64,000 nucleotides of DNA from Promethearchaeota archaeon (GCA_048939015.1 JBHLPW010000002.1:88743-152742), one strand, 5' to 3'; numbered from the stretch's first letter, positions 37,416 through 47,544 are shown. Notes: generated from the sequence alone by a model not told the origin. Numbers and translations: made by a program.

Positions 37416-39362
37416 ATGTCTCATCCTGAGCTAAACCAACTCACAAGAGCGGAAGAACTTTTTGATGAAGGTGAGCTTGAAAAGGCTCTTGAACTATTAA
37501 ATGATTGGAAACAGTTTGAAGGGCTTAATCCTCAACAAAAAAGCTATTATCAATTTATTAAGGGTTTGATTCTAACATATCAACATAAATTCGAAGAAGT
37601 CATAGAGTGGGGTGAACAAATATTTGAAGAAGGTCAAAAACACAATAAACATCTCCAATCGTTTGATGGGTTATTTTTTATTATTATTGGATTTATAGAA
37701 GCAGAAAAAATTGACGAAGCACACAAATTACTTGATAAAGCTGAAGATCTATTAAAAAGAATTTCTGATTTATCTAAAAAAGCTGATGTTGTTAGAGAAG
37801 TTCGTATAAACTTGTTAAAAGGATGGACTTATATGCTTCTAGGTAACATTGATTTAGCAGAAAAGAGTTTAGAAAGGATCTTTGATCTATATCAAAAACT
37901 CCCTAATTCTTTCGAAATTGTTTGGCCTTATTTATTAAAAGGTACAATTGAATTTTTTTTAAAAAAAAATACGGTAATATCATTGAAATATCTCAAGAAA
38001 GCATATTCAATCGCTAAGGAAATTAAATTCAACCATTACTGGATCGCTATATGTCACGGTTATTCTGCAGTTATATATACTTCTATTGGGGATTTAGATA
38101 ATTCTTTAAAACAATATGCAAAAGCTTTAAAAAAAATGAAAGGATTTCAAAGCTTTTATTTGAATACGGCTTACTTGAATAACGTCGGAAATATATATTG
38201 TGAAAAAGGTGAATATGACCTAGCTTTAAAAACTTTAGAGGAGTGTTTAATACTCAGTGAAAAAAAACAATCCGTAGGAATTGAAGCTCCACTTAGTAGT
38301 TTAATAGAAGTTGCTCTTATAAAGGGTGATGTTAAACTTGCGAAAAAACATTTTCATCGTTTGGAAAATTTATATAACCAAAAAAAAGATAGTCACATTG
38401 AATTAGTTTACTATTACTCTAAAGCTTTAATATTAGAAAGAAGCTCGCGAATCCGGGATAAAGCAAAAGCTGAAGAATTATTTAAGCAAGTTATTGGAAC
38501 TAAAACCATGGCTTTTGATCTACCTATCAACTCGTATATCCATCTATGTGATTTACTTTTTTCAGAATATCAAATTAGTAATAATGATGATGTCCTTGAT
38601 GAAATCAATGACAATATTACTCAATTATTAGTTATTGCTGAAAAATCACATTCCTATCTAGTCTTCTGCGAAGTTTTCATATTACAAGCTAAATTGGCTT
38701 TATTAACTTTTAAAATAAAAGAAGCGCGACGACTTTTAACTCAAGCACAGAGGATTGCGGAATCTTATGGTATAACACGATTAGCGATGAAAATTTCACA
38801 TGAACATGATGAGCTACTAACACAACTAAATATTTGGGAAAATTATAAAAAATCTGAAGCAACATTATCTGAACGCTTAAGACTAGCTGGTTTAAATGAA
38901 CAAATGGAGGATATGATAAAAAAAAGGATGGCTGAAGTCCCAAAACTCTCAGATGAAGATCCTGTACTTCTTTTAATTGTATCAGAGGGAGGAATACCCA
39001 CATTCTCCAAATTATTTACAAAATCATTAGTTATAGAGGAAGATCTCATTAGTAGCTTTCTAGCTGCTTTTAATACCTTTAGTGCTGAACTTTTCTCTGA
39101 AGGATTGGATCGCGCTTCATTTGGGGATTTTACATTATTAATGAAGCCCATTTCAACATTCTTAGTTTGCTATCTTTTCAAAGGTCAATCATTTTCTGCC
39201 CAGAAAAGAATACAAAGTTTTGTTGAAAACATGAGGAACAATGAAGAATTATTGGAAAAATTTAACCAATATTATAAAACTAATCAAGTTGTAAAACTCC
39301 AAGATGTTCCATTACTCAATTCTTTGATTATAGAAACATTTATAAAAAAAAAGAATTTTTAG
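37416..39362 (+). CDS. TPR protein with C-terminal longin-like domain
   Basis: TPR motifs (e.g. YLNNVGNIYCEKGEYDLALKTLEECL). The C-terminal ~135 aa 'LLLIVSEGGIPTFSKLF...LISSFLAAFNTFSAELF...LLMKPISTFLVCYLFKG' show the longin beta-beta-alpha-beta-beta-beta-alpha pattern. Confidence 0.75.
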   Translation: MSHPELNQLTRAEELFDEGELEKALELLNDWKQFEGLNPQQKSYYQFIKGLILTYQHKFEEVIEWGEQIFEEGQKHNKHLQSFDGLFFIIIGFIEAEKIDEAHKLLDKAEDLLKRISDLSKKADVVREVRINLLKGWTYMLLGNIDLAEKSLERIFDLYQKLPNSFEIVWPYLLKGTIEFFLKKNTVISLKYLKKAYSIAKEIKFNHYWIAICHGYSAVIYTSIGDLDNSLKQYAKALKKMKGFQSFYLNTAYLNNVGNIYCEKGEYDLALKTLEECLILSEKKQSVGIEAPLSSLIEVALIKGDVKLAKKHFHRLENLYNQKKDSHIELVYYYSKALILERSSRIRDKAKAEELFKQVIGTKTMAFDLPINSYIHLCDLLFSEYQISNNDDVLDEINDNITQLLVIAEKSHSYLVFCEVFILQAKLALLTFKIKEARRLLTQAQRIAESYGITRLAMKISHEHDELLTQLNIWENYKKSEATLSERLRLAGLNEQMEDMIKKRMAEVPKLSDEDPVLLLIVSEGGIPTFSKLFTKSLVIEEDLISSFLAAFNTFSAELFSEGLDRASFGDFTLLMKPISTFLVCYLFKGQSFSAQKRIQSFVENMRNNEELLEKFNQYYKTNQVVKLQDVPLLNSLIIETFIKKKNF

Positions 39363-39430
39363 ACCACTTTGTCGAAATATTATTTAACATCTTATCATTA
39401 AATAAGTCAAATACTATAGATTAGATTAAA

Positions 39431-39973
39431 ATGACTAATCAATTTAAATTTAAAATTGTCATCATAGGGGATGGGGGAGTAGGAAAAACATCATTAATAA
39501 AAAAATTCACTCAGGGTACCTTTCAAAAGGATTATATCAAAACAATAGGAGCCCAATTTACCAGATTAGAGAAAAAAATTAATGAGGATAAAATAAGTTT
39601 AATATTTTGGGATATTGCTGGACAAAGCAGTTATGACTTTCTCAATCCTTTGTTTTACAGAGAAAGTAGAGCTTGTATAATTGTTTATAGTCTTGAGAAG
39701 AATGAATTAGGAAGTGAAAGTTTTAAAAATATGGTAAACTGGCATAAAGAGCTTAAGATGCGTTGTGGAGATATTCCTGTAGTTATATTTGCAAATAAAG
39801 TTGATTTAATAGAAGGAGATGATTTAGATACATCCAAACTTCAAAATATTTCAGAAAAACTAAAAATTTTTAGTTTTTATCAAACGTCAGCAAAAACAGG
39901 ACAAGGTGTGAATGATGCTTTTAATGTTATTATAGAGGAGTTATACAAGAAATCTAAGGTATTATCATCATAA
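39431..39973 (+). CDS. Rab-like small GTPase
   Basis: GDGGVGKT, TIGAQF, WDIAGQ, ANKVD, QTSAKTG. Confidence 0.95.
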   Translation: MTNQFKFKIVIIGDGGVGKTSLIKKFTQGTFQKDYIKTIGAQFTRLEKKINEDKISLIFWDIAGQSSYDFLNPLFYRESRACIIVYSLEKNELGSESFKNMVNWHKELKMRCGDIPVVIFANKVDLIEGDDLDTSKLQNISEKLKIFSFYQTSAKTGQGVNDAFNVIIEELYKKSKVLSS

Positions 39974-39989
39974 AATTAATAAAAAGCTT

Positions 39990-41885
39990 TTATAACTCAT
40001 TTTTCAAATCCATAACTTCAGCTAAAAAAAGATCGGCAATTGCTAGCCAATTTTGCTTGGTTTCAAGGTCTTTTACTTTCTCTTGTATTAGATTTCTTCC
40101 CGTTTCAAGATTTTTTTGTGCTAAATCATAGTTTTTGAGTGCTAAATAACATGTTCCTAATTTAACATACGTCTGATATATAAACCAATTATCCATATCT
40201 AAGACTATAGCTTTTAAGAATTTTTTAGTCGCTTCTTCATAATCTTCAAAATATAATAGAATTTCGCCATATGTATCATGGTAAGTTGCATTTTTAGGTT
40301 CTTTTTTGATAAGTTCTTGGACAATTTCTATAGCTTCCTCTTTTTTACCTAAATATCTTAACCAATATGCTTTATAATTTTGAAGTTCGTTGTTATCTGG
40401 ATATTTCTTAATTAAATCTTCGATAATTTCGAAACCTGACATAATATCTTTTTTTATCTTAAGAATTGATGCTTTTTTCATTAGAAGCTCTATTTCTTTT
40501 TCAGGAAATAGTTGGAGCATTTTATCTAATGTTTTTAAAACTTCACTATATTGATTAAAATAAATTAAAATTTCAATTTTCGAATTATAAAGTTCATATT
40601 TTTTTGGTTTTAAGGCTATTGATCTTTCAATTTCTTTAATTTCTTCTTCATATTGCTGTTCTAAAGACTCAGAACTCTGTGAATGAAATATCGTTGCCAG
40701 ATCTTTCCAAATTATTCCTTCCAATTTATCAGCAGTATCTTTTAATTTTCTTTTTGTTTCAATTTTGTAGGCTAAATATTTAATATATTCAGGTAAGAAT
40801 TCCCTTAAAGGTTCCTTTAAATCCTTTTGGAATAGACTTTTACATATTTCATTTAAAATATTGTCAAGTAGACTCTCCGTACTCTCAGATAATCCAAATT
40901 TCTGTAAAAATTTGTTTCTTTTTATCTTATTTTCTGTGATCGCTCGCAGTATCTTTTCCAATTTTTCATTAGATTCAAAGAAGTAGTATTTATTTGGAGG
41001 AACCTTCAGTTGATGAATTTTAATATCATAAATTTTACCAGAGATAATCTCATCTATCCAAAAATCGAGAACTTTTTTTTTAATTTGATATAATTTCGAA
41101 AATTTTTCGAGAGAAATAAAGTTAGGGTAAAAATCGGGATGATTAATAACTATAAACAACAAAATTTTATGAAAATCTATCTCTTCTGTTAATATCATAC
41201 TCACTTTTGAATAATCTAACTTCAAAACTTTATTTAAAAAACGGAATTTAACCTCTTCATCGTTAATATTAAATTCATCAAAGAATTGTGCAGTTTTTGT
41301 TGTGATATCATCTACTCTTTTGCTTTCTTCTTCTAAAATGGTTTGGCGATCCAAATCATAATTACGTAATATCTTGGAATATTCTATTTTACCTGATTGA
41401 GTAATTTTGTATAAATGGTCAGTTTTTTGAATAAAACCCTTTTCTAAAAGATAATTAAGGTCTCTCGTTAAAGCGTTGTGATTAATAGATAATGGTTCCT
41501 TAGTAAAATAAGATCTCTTACAATGCTGGTTGTTATAAAGCATCCATAATATCCAATGGTCATAATTTCTACCACTTTTTAATATAATATCCGGAGGATA
41601 ATTTAAATCATGGTAATCTCGTTTATATTTAGATAATTCATTATATCGGTTTTTTCCTTTTAAAGTGATTTTATAATGCCCCCGAGAAACTTTATTTATC
41701 AGTCCATTTTTATGTAATGAGCCTAAATACCTTGAAAGAGTGGCTTCTGAAATATTGAGAGGTTCATTACAAAAAACAGCCCATTCACATACATCATTAT
41801 TGAATAACATCCAAAGTATAATATGTTCATAGTTCTTCCTCAACATTTCGCGAGGGTTTATTATCTCCTGAGAAGGAAAATTCAT
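39990..41885 (-). CDS. Protein with two tandem winged-helix repeats and C-terminal TPRs (putative regulator)
   Basis: Internal repeat NYEHIILWMLFNN...TLSRYL..L...G.I.K....YKIT.KGK and NYDHWILWMLYNN...LTRDL..L...G.I.K...YKITQSGK; TPRs (NATYHDTYGEILL). Confidence 0.75.
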   Translation of the reverse strand: MNFPSQEIINPREMLRKNYEHIILWMLFNNDVCEWAVFCNEPLNISEATLSRYLGSLHKNGLINKVSRGHYKITLKGKNRYNELSKYKRDYHDLNYPPDIILKSGRNYDHWILWMLYNNQHCKRSYFTKEPLSINHNALTRDLNYLLEKGFIQKTDHLYKITQSGKIEYSKILRNYDLDRQTILEEESKRVDDITTKTAQFFDEFNINDEEVKFRFLNKVLKLDYSKVSMILTEEIDFHKILLFIVINHPDFYPNFISLEKFSKLYQIKKKVLDFWIDEIISGKIYDIKIHQLKVPPNKYYFFESNEKLEKILRAITENKIKRNKFLQKFGLSESTESLLDNILNEICKSLFQKDLKEPLREFLPEYIKYLAYKIETKRKLKDTADKLEGIIWKDLATIFHSQSSESLEQQYEEEIKEIERSIALKPKKYELYNSKIEILIYFNQYSEVLKTLDKMLQLFPEKEIELLMKKASILKIKKDIMSGFEIIEDLIKKYPDNNELQNYKAYWLRYLGKKEEAIEIVQELIKKEPKNATYHDTYGEILLYFEDYEEATKKFLKAIVLDMDNWFIYQTYVKLGTCYLALKNYDLAQKNLETGRNLIQEKVKDLETKQNWLAIADLFLAEVMDLKNEL

Positions 41886-41970
41886 TTTTTCTATTGTCCT
41901 ATTATATAAATTTGGTCATTTAATTATTTAAAGTTCTTTTAATATAAATCTTACTTTTAAAAAGTTTGGG

Positions 41971-41993
41971 ACTTTCATAATAATTTTGAAAGT
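41971..41993. promoter_or_regulatory. Palindromic site ACTTTCA-N9-TGAAAGT, copy 2
   Basis: Perfect 7-bp arms, in the divergent intergenic region between the wHTH-TPR and SIR2-TPR genes. Flanked by further short palindromes ACTTTTAAAAAGT and TACTTATTGAAGTA. Confidence 0.6.
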
Positions 41994-42112
41994 ATGACCA
42001 TACTTATTGAAGTATGAAAAAAAGAATTGTTAATGTGCTCTTTTACGTTTAAAACTGTGGATAAAAGAGATCCTGTTTAGTTAAAAAATCTTAAATAACA
42101 GAGGAAGTTTAA

Positions 42113-44491
42113 TTGATTAATATGAAAAAAGCCAATTTGAAAATAGAAGATCTTCTAGGAAATGACCTAAATTTGACATTTTTGGTAGGAGCTGGGTGTT
42201 CTATTGATGTTCCTTCTTCCCAACCAGCTGGGCGTTCAATGATGGAAGCAATGATAAAGTTTGCATGTGCTGAATCTGAAGTAGAAAATATTCTTAAAAT
42301 AAATGAACTAAGGTTTGAAGGCTTGGTAGAAATTATTAGAGACAATTTAGATCCCAACTTAAAGATAATTGATTATTATGGACTCTGCGATAAGCCTAAC
42401 ACTCAACATTTTTATCTTGCGGAGAAGATAAGTCAAGGACATTTTGTCATGACGACCAATTTTGATTTTTTAATAGAACATGCGTTACTTCAGTTAGGCA
42501 TCCCAAAAGAACAAATTAAAATTATTATTACAGAGAAAGATTTTGAAAATTATCCTAATCCTTCTGAGATGTATTTAAATGGGATAAAAACGTTATATAA
42601 AGTTCATGGTTCTACAAAAAACATAATTAGTGAAGAATATACAAGAGACACTTTAGTAGCGACTATTCAAGCCTTTGGTTCGAATAAAGAGGGCATGAGT
42701 GTATTTCAAGTCGAGCCTTATAAGAAACCCTTATTTGATAATATCTCAAATGGGAGATCTTTAATTGTCATGGGTTATTCTGGAAGTGATGATTTTGATA
42801 TAGTCCCTACATTAAAGAAACTTCAAAATATCGACAAGATTGTATGGGTTAATTTTGTCTGGGATGATAAAGGAAAGGAAGCAATCTATGAAATTGAATC
42901 AACTGATATTAGTACGTCATCTAATATGGAAAAGGTTGATCAAATTCTTTCAGAAATTAAACAAATGAATAATGCGAAAAATGTTTATCGCTTGGACGTC
43001 AACACATCAAGATTAGTTCAAAAGTTATTAAGTGTTTCTCCAAAATTGAGTGAAGATAATTTCTCAATTCCACCCTTAGGATGGTTAAAAGAAAATATTA
43101 CCCCTCCAAATGAATTAATGAGATATTTTATCCCTCAAACAATATATTTTGATTTTAATTTGATGGATGATTCACTCCGCTGTGCTCAAAAATTACTTCA
43201 GATTTCAGAACAAATAAAAGACGATATTATGATTGTAAAATCTCTAAATCTAATTGGTAAGATACATTATGAAAAAGGCAGCTACCCTGAAGCGTTAAAA
43301 CTATACAATCAAGCATTAAAATCTGCTGAAAAAATAGAGACCCCCGAATGGAAGGCTGCTTGTTATAATAATATCGCGAATATTTATAATGCATGGGGGA
43401 AATACGATGATGCTTTAAAGAATTTTAATGAAGCAATTCCCTTATTCGAGCAAATTGATGATTACTTTGCAAAGGCTATAACTCTTAGAAATATAAGCTC
43501 TATTATGAAAAATATGGGAAACAATGTGGAAGCTTTAGAAAAAGCTACTGAAGCATTACAAATCTTTAATCAAATGGGAAAACTTTCAGATAAAGCAGAT
43601 ATGCTCATGATTATTGGGATGATTCAATTAAGTTTAGGTAATGTTGATGCTGCTTATAAGAGTTATGAAGAATCATTAAGAATTAATGATTTATTATCTG
43701 ATCTCGATGCAAAAGTTGCTTGTTTAAATACAATTGGTGAGCTTTTCCGTGCTATTGGCAGATTTTATGAAGCACTTGAATATTTCAAAAATGCACTTGA
43801 TATCTCTATTAAGATTGGGGCTTTATCAAAAAGAGTATCTACACTTAATAACATTGGATTAATCTACACAAATCTTAACAACTTTACTGAAGCTCTGAAT
43901 TATTTTGATGAAGCTTTAAAATTAGGAGATTCATTAAATGATCCTATTCTAGAAGGCACAAACCTCAGTAATATAGCCTTAGTATATTTCTATCAAGGAA
44001 ATCAACCAAAAGCTATGAAAGTTTGGGAAAAGGTTTTAAAAATATTTCAACGTGTGGGATATCAACTTGGAGTAGCAAATACACTTATAAATTTAGGAAA
44101 AATTTATCGTGAAAAAGAAGATCTCAAAAAAGCTCTTGAAGCTTTCGAAGAAGCCTCAGAATTAAGTGCAAAGATGAATCAACTAAATTTACAAGCTAAA
44201 TGTTTAGAAGATATTGGAATGATTTTAGAAGATCAGAAAAATTTGCCTGAAGCTCTTACAATGTATGAAAATGCACTTGAATTATACAAACAAATAGGTG
44301 ATCCTGTAGGAATGGCAGAAGTTATTCACAATATTGGAACTATTGATTTCTATGAAAAAAATTATGACTCTGCAATACAAAAATATCAAGATGCACTACA
44401 AATTTTACAGCAAATTGGCTTAAGTGAAAGTCCACTAGCACAGACTATTATGCGAAATATTGAATATGCAGAGGAAAAAAAACAAGAATAA
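42113..44491 (+). CDS. SIR2-like (SIR2_2) domain protein with long C-terminal TPR array
   Basis: FLVGAGCS, TTNFDFLIE, KVHGS, MGYSGSDDFD, followed by about 11 TPR-like repeats. The start may be the ATG at 42122. Confidence 0.88.
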   Translation: MINMKKANLKIEDLLGNDLNLTFLVGAGCSIDVPSSQPAGRSMMEAMIKFACAESEVENILKINELRFEGLVEIIRDNLDPNLKIIDYYGLCDKPNTQHFYLAEKISQGHFVMTTNFDFLIEHALLQLGIPKEQIKIIITEKDFENYPNPSEMYLNGIKTLYKVHGSTKNIISEEYTRDTLVATIQAFGSNKEGMSVFQVEPYKKPLFDNISNGRSLIVMGYSGSDDFDIVPTLKKLQNIDKIVWVNFVWDDKGKEAIYEIESTDISTSSNMEKVDQILSEIKQMNNAKNVYRLDVNTSRLVQKLLSVSPKLSEDNFSIPPLGWLKENITPPNELMRYFIPQTIYFDFNLMDDSLRCAQKLLQISEQIKDDIMIVKSLNLIGKIHYEKGSYPEALKLYNQALKSAEKIETPEWKAACYNNIANIYNAWGKYDDALKNFNEAIPLFEQIDDYFAKAITLRNISSIMKNMGNNVEALEKATEALQIFNQMGKLSDKADMLMIIGMIQLSLGNVDAAYKSYEESLRINDLLSDLDAKVACLNTIGELFRAIGRFYEALEYFKNALDISIKIGALSKRVSTLNNIGLIYTNLNNFTEALNYFDEALKLGDSLNDPILEGTNLSNIALVYFYQGNQPKAMKVWEKVLKIFQRVGYQLGVANTLINLGKIYREKEDLKKALEAFEEASELSAKMNQLNLQAKCLEDIGMILEDQKNLPEALTMYENALELYKQIGDPVGMAEVIHNIGTIDFYEKNYDSAIQKYQDALQILQQIGLSESPLAQTIMRNIEYAEEKKQE

Positions 44492-44647
44492 AAGATTTTT
44501 ATCCTAATACTAATTCTAACTCTTCCATTTTTATCCCCATAAAATTCCAAATATATAACTCTTTAATGTGGAAAAATTTAAAACTATAAAATTAAAAAAC
44601 TATCTTACACATATTTAGATTGTCATTTCTAACTAAATTTAAAAAAA

Positions 44648-45664
44648 GTGATAAAGATGGCAAAAAGAGTCGCAATTAATGGATTCGGTAGAATCGGAAG
44701 ACTTTTTTTCAGAGCTGTAATGGATAATTATGCGAATGATATTGATATAGTGTCTATTAACGATTTATTTGAACCAAAATATTTAGCGTATGCACTGAAA
44801 TATGATTCCGTCTTTGGAAAATTTAAGGGGACCGTAGAAGCACAAGAAAAAGCTTTAGTAGTAAATGGAAAAACAATTCCAATTACTGCGGAGAGAGATC
44901 CCACGGCATTACCACATGCTGCAAACAATATTGATGTTGCTGCTGAATGTACTGGAAGATTTGTGAATCGAGAAGGTGCTAGCAAGCATTTAACGGCAGG
45001 GGCAAAAAGAGTGTTGATTAGTGCTCCAGCAGTTGATCCAGATATTACTGTTGTCCTAGGGTGTAATGATGATAAATTGACAGCTGATCATAAGATTATT
45101 TCAAATGCTTCTTGTACGACTAATTGTTTGGCTCCCGTGGTAAAAGTTTTACAAGAGTCTGTAAAAATTAAGTACGGAATAATGACTACAATCCACTCAT
45201 ATACTAACGACCAATCCACAGCTGATATGGCACGTGCTGGAGCTCCAGAGAAAATGATCCGAGGAAGAGCTGCCGCAGCCAACATGATACCAACTTCAAC
45301 GGGAGCAGCTAAAGCTATTGGATTGGTTTTTCCTGAATTACAAGGAAAATTAGATGGAATAGCAATTAGAGTTCCAACACCTGACGGTAGTGTTGTAGAT
45401 CTTAAAGCCGTAGTCGAGAATCCAATTTCAGCAGTAGAGATTAATGCAAAGATGAAAGAAGCAGCTAATGGATCCCTAAAGGGTATCTTAGATTATACCG
45501 ATGATCCAATAGTAAGTAGTGATATTGTTGGAAATTCGCATAGTTCTGTCTTTAGTAGCCTCTGGACGAAGGTAATCAATGATCAAATCTCCATTTTATC
45601 ATGGTATGATAATGAATGGGGATTTTCTAACCGTATGGCTGAATTAATCATTAAAAAATTATAA
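44648..45664 (+). CDS. gap: Glyceraldehyde-3-phosphate dehydrogenase, class I (bacterial/eukaryotic type)
   Basis: INGFGRIGR, catalytic ASCTTNCLAP, TGAAKA, RVPT, WYDNEWG. The likely start is the ATG at 44657. Confidence 0.95.
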   Translation: MIKMAKRVAINGFGRIGRLFFRAVMDNYANDIDIVSINDLFEPKYLAYALKYDSVFGKFKGTVEAQEKALVVNGKTIPITAERDPTALPHAANNIDVAAECTGRFVNREGASKHLTAGAKRVLISAPAVDPDITVVLGCNDDKLTADHKIISNASCTTNCLAPVVKVLQESVKIKYGIMTTIHSYTNDQSTADMARAGAPEKMIRGRAAAANMIPTSTGAAKAIGLVFPELQGKLDGIAIRVPTPDGSVVDLKAVVENPISAVEINAKMKEAANGSLKGILDYTDDPIVSSDIVGNSHSSVFSSLWTKVINDQISILSWYDNEWGFSNRMAELIIKKL

Positions 45665-45908
45665 ATATTTAATTTATTTAATTCTTTTTTTATTTTTTTT
45701 GTTTGTTTAATAATTCTTTTGTTCTTTCTGATTTAATTATCTTCTTTTTCAAAGCCACATGGAACTTTTTTACTGGAATGAAGAAAGGAAATTCACATTA
45801 TCTTATTTTTTTATAATTTAACGAGATAATTCTAATAATTGGACTCCTTTTGCTTTAAAATTAACCTCAACAATTTTTATAATATATCCAAAAACTAAAT
45901 ATTTAGAG

Positions 45909-46967
45909 ATGAGTTACATGATAATGAAATTTTGTAGAATCCTCAACGCTCAAATTCTTATTTTAATAATAGTTGTTTCAACTGGAATAATAATGGTTAA
46001 TAATGTTTGTCTCATTAATGTTGAAGCAAATGAAAATATAAATCCTACAAATTGTACAATTTTTACAGTTTCAGATGATGATAATGTTTTTTTTGGTAAT
46101 AGTGAAGATGAAGGGGGAAATCGGAGATATACTGAAATATGGTTTTCTCCTGCGATAAGTGAGAGTACATATGGGTGTGCTTTTTTAGGTTTTAATGGGA
46201 ATGAACCAGGAGGCGATGATATCGATGGATTAGCAATTGGAGGAATAAATACTGAAGGATTATGTTATGATGCGAATGGAATTCTTCCAGTTAGTTTTGT
46301 GAACTATTCATGGTCACTTGGACAAATAATGAGCTATATTTCATGTTGGGAAATTATTTTAAGAGAATGTAGTTCTGTTATCGAAGTTATTGAATGGTAT
46401 GAAAATCATAATATGGGAGGTTGGTGGGGAAATCAAATTCATTGGGCTGATAAAACTGGAGATGCTGTTATTGTTAGTCCATCTCCTGATAATGGAATAG
46501 CATTTACTCGAAAAACAGGAGATTATCTTGTCTCTACGAATTTTAACCCTGTAGATCATTCTCAAGGTTGGTATCCATGTGAGAGATATGAATTTGTTAC
46601 AAATCGTCTTGATGAACTTTCGGTTGAAGGAGACATTTCTCGTCATGATTTAATCCCAATTCTATACGAAGTATCTGACCCAGAAACGGAAGATTACATT
46701 GGAACCGTTTATTCTAACATTTTTGATTTAAAGACACAAACAATTTATCTATATATTCAAAGAGATTTTCAAAACGAAGTAATTTTAAATCTTTATGAAG
46801 AATTAGAGAAAGGTAGCCACACTTACAAAATTCCAAGTTTAGCTGGTAATTATAATTCCACAGGGGTATTAATATTTTTCATTACATTTCCAATTTGCTT
46901 TGTGGGAGTTGTAATTATTGTTTATTTAGCAAGTAAGAAATTCATTATCAGAAAACAAAATAATTAA
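45909..46967 (+). CDS. Secreted/membrane-anchored Ntn-hydrolase (C45/choloylglycine hydrolase-like)
   Basis: Signal-like N-terminus, then nucleophile motif CTIFTV..., FGNSED, GGINTEGL, STNF, CERY, TVYSNIFDL; C-terminal TM. Confidence 0.75.
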   Translation: MSYMIMKFCRILNAQILILIIVVSTGIIMVNNVCLINVEANENINPTNCTIFTVSDDDNVFFGNSEDEGGNRRYTEIWFSPAISESTYGCAFLGFNGNEPGGDDIDGLAIGGINTEGLCYDANGILPVSFVNYSWSLGQIMSYISCWEIILRECSSVIEVIEWYENHNMGGWWGNQIHWADKTGDAVIVSPSPDNGIAFTRKTGDYLVSTNFNPVDHSQGWYPCERYEFVTNRLDELSVEGDISRHDLIPILYEVSDPETEDYIGTVYSNIFDLKTQTIYLYIQRDFQNEVILNLYEELEKGSHTYKIPSLAGNYNSTGVLIFFITFPICFVGVVIIVYLASKKFIIRKQNN

Positions 46968-46987
46968 TATTTACCTTAATATATTTT

Positions 46988-47542
46988 CTATATAATAAAA
47001 TCTAGAATAGTAATTATAATTACTAGGATAAGACTAATTAGAATAATATATAAATTTGAGCTCCGTGTTTTTATTTTTCTTCGCATAAACATGAATTTAA
47101 ATCCAACAGTGATATGGACTATGATGCAAATTGCTAGGAAATAATCATAATAAATATGTACTTCAAATGGAATTACAATTCCGATAGTTCCTGAGTACCA
47201 TTCAAAATATCCTAAACCAGAGATTACAACTAGTACAGCTAGTATAATTATTATTCTGTTTGTTATTAGTTGAATTAACCTATTAATGTATATGGGGCGA
47301 GCTCTCTCATTTTTTAGTCCTTTAAAGATACGAGGGAACCATAGTTTCAAATATTTTTGTGAAAGAACGCAATGTATAATAAGTAATATCAGTAAAGTCC
47401 ATTCAACACCCAAATGAAGAAAGGTATAGAAATTATAGATTTCTAAAATACTACGTAAACTCACTATAATAATCACAATTAAAGAAAAAACAGCGACTAT
47501 CCAAGAAATTTTCCGATGTAATTTTAATCCATTAATTTTCAA
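46988..47542 (-). CDS. Membrane protein with His-bearing TM helices (cytochrome b-like)
   Basis: Duplicated 'SW/NR...L...SG....H.....l...H' pattern across about 5 TM helices. Confidence 0.5.
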   Translation of the reverse strand: MKINGLKLHRKISWIVAVFSLIVIIIVSLRSILEIYNFYTFLHLGVEWTLLILLIIHCVLSQKYLKLWFPRIFKGLKNERARPIYINRLIQLITNRIIIILAVLVVISGLGYFEWYSGTIGIVIPFEVHIYYDYFLAICIIVHITVGFKFMFMRRKIKTRSSNLYIILISLILVIIITILDFII

Positions 47543-47544
47543 GA

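Noticed and set aside
39990-41885. ESCRT-II (Vps22/25/36) homolog because of the tandem winged helices
   Set aside because: The repeats look like DNA-binding wHTH (TLSRYL recognition helix, YKIT..G wing) fused to TPRs, and no ESCRT or ubiquitin genes are nearby.
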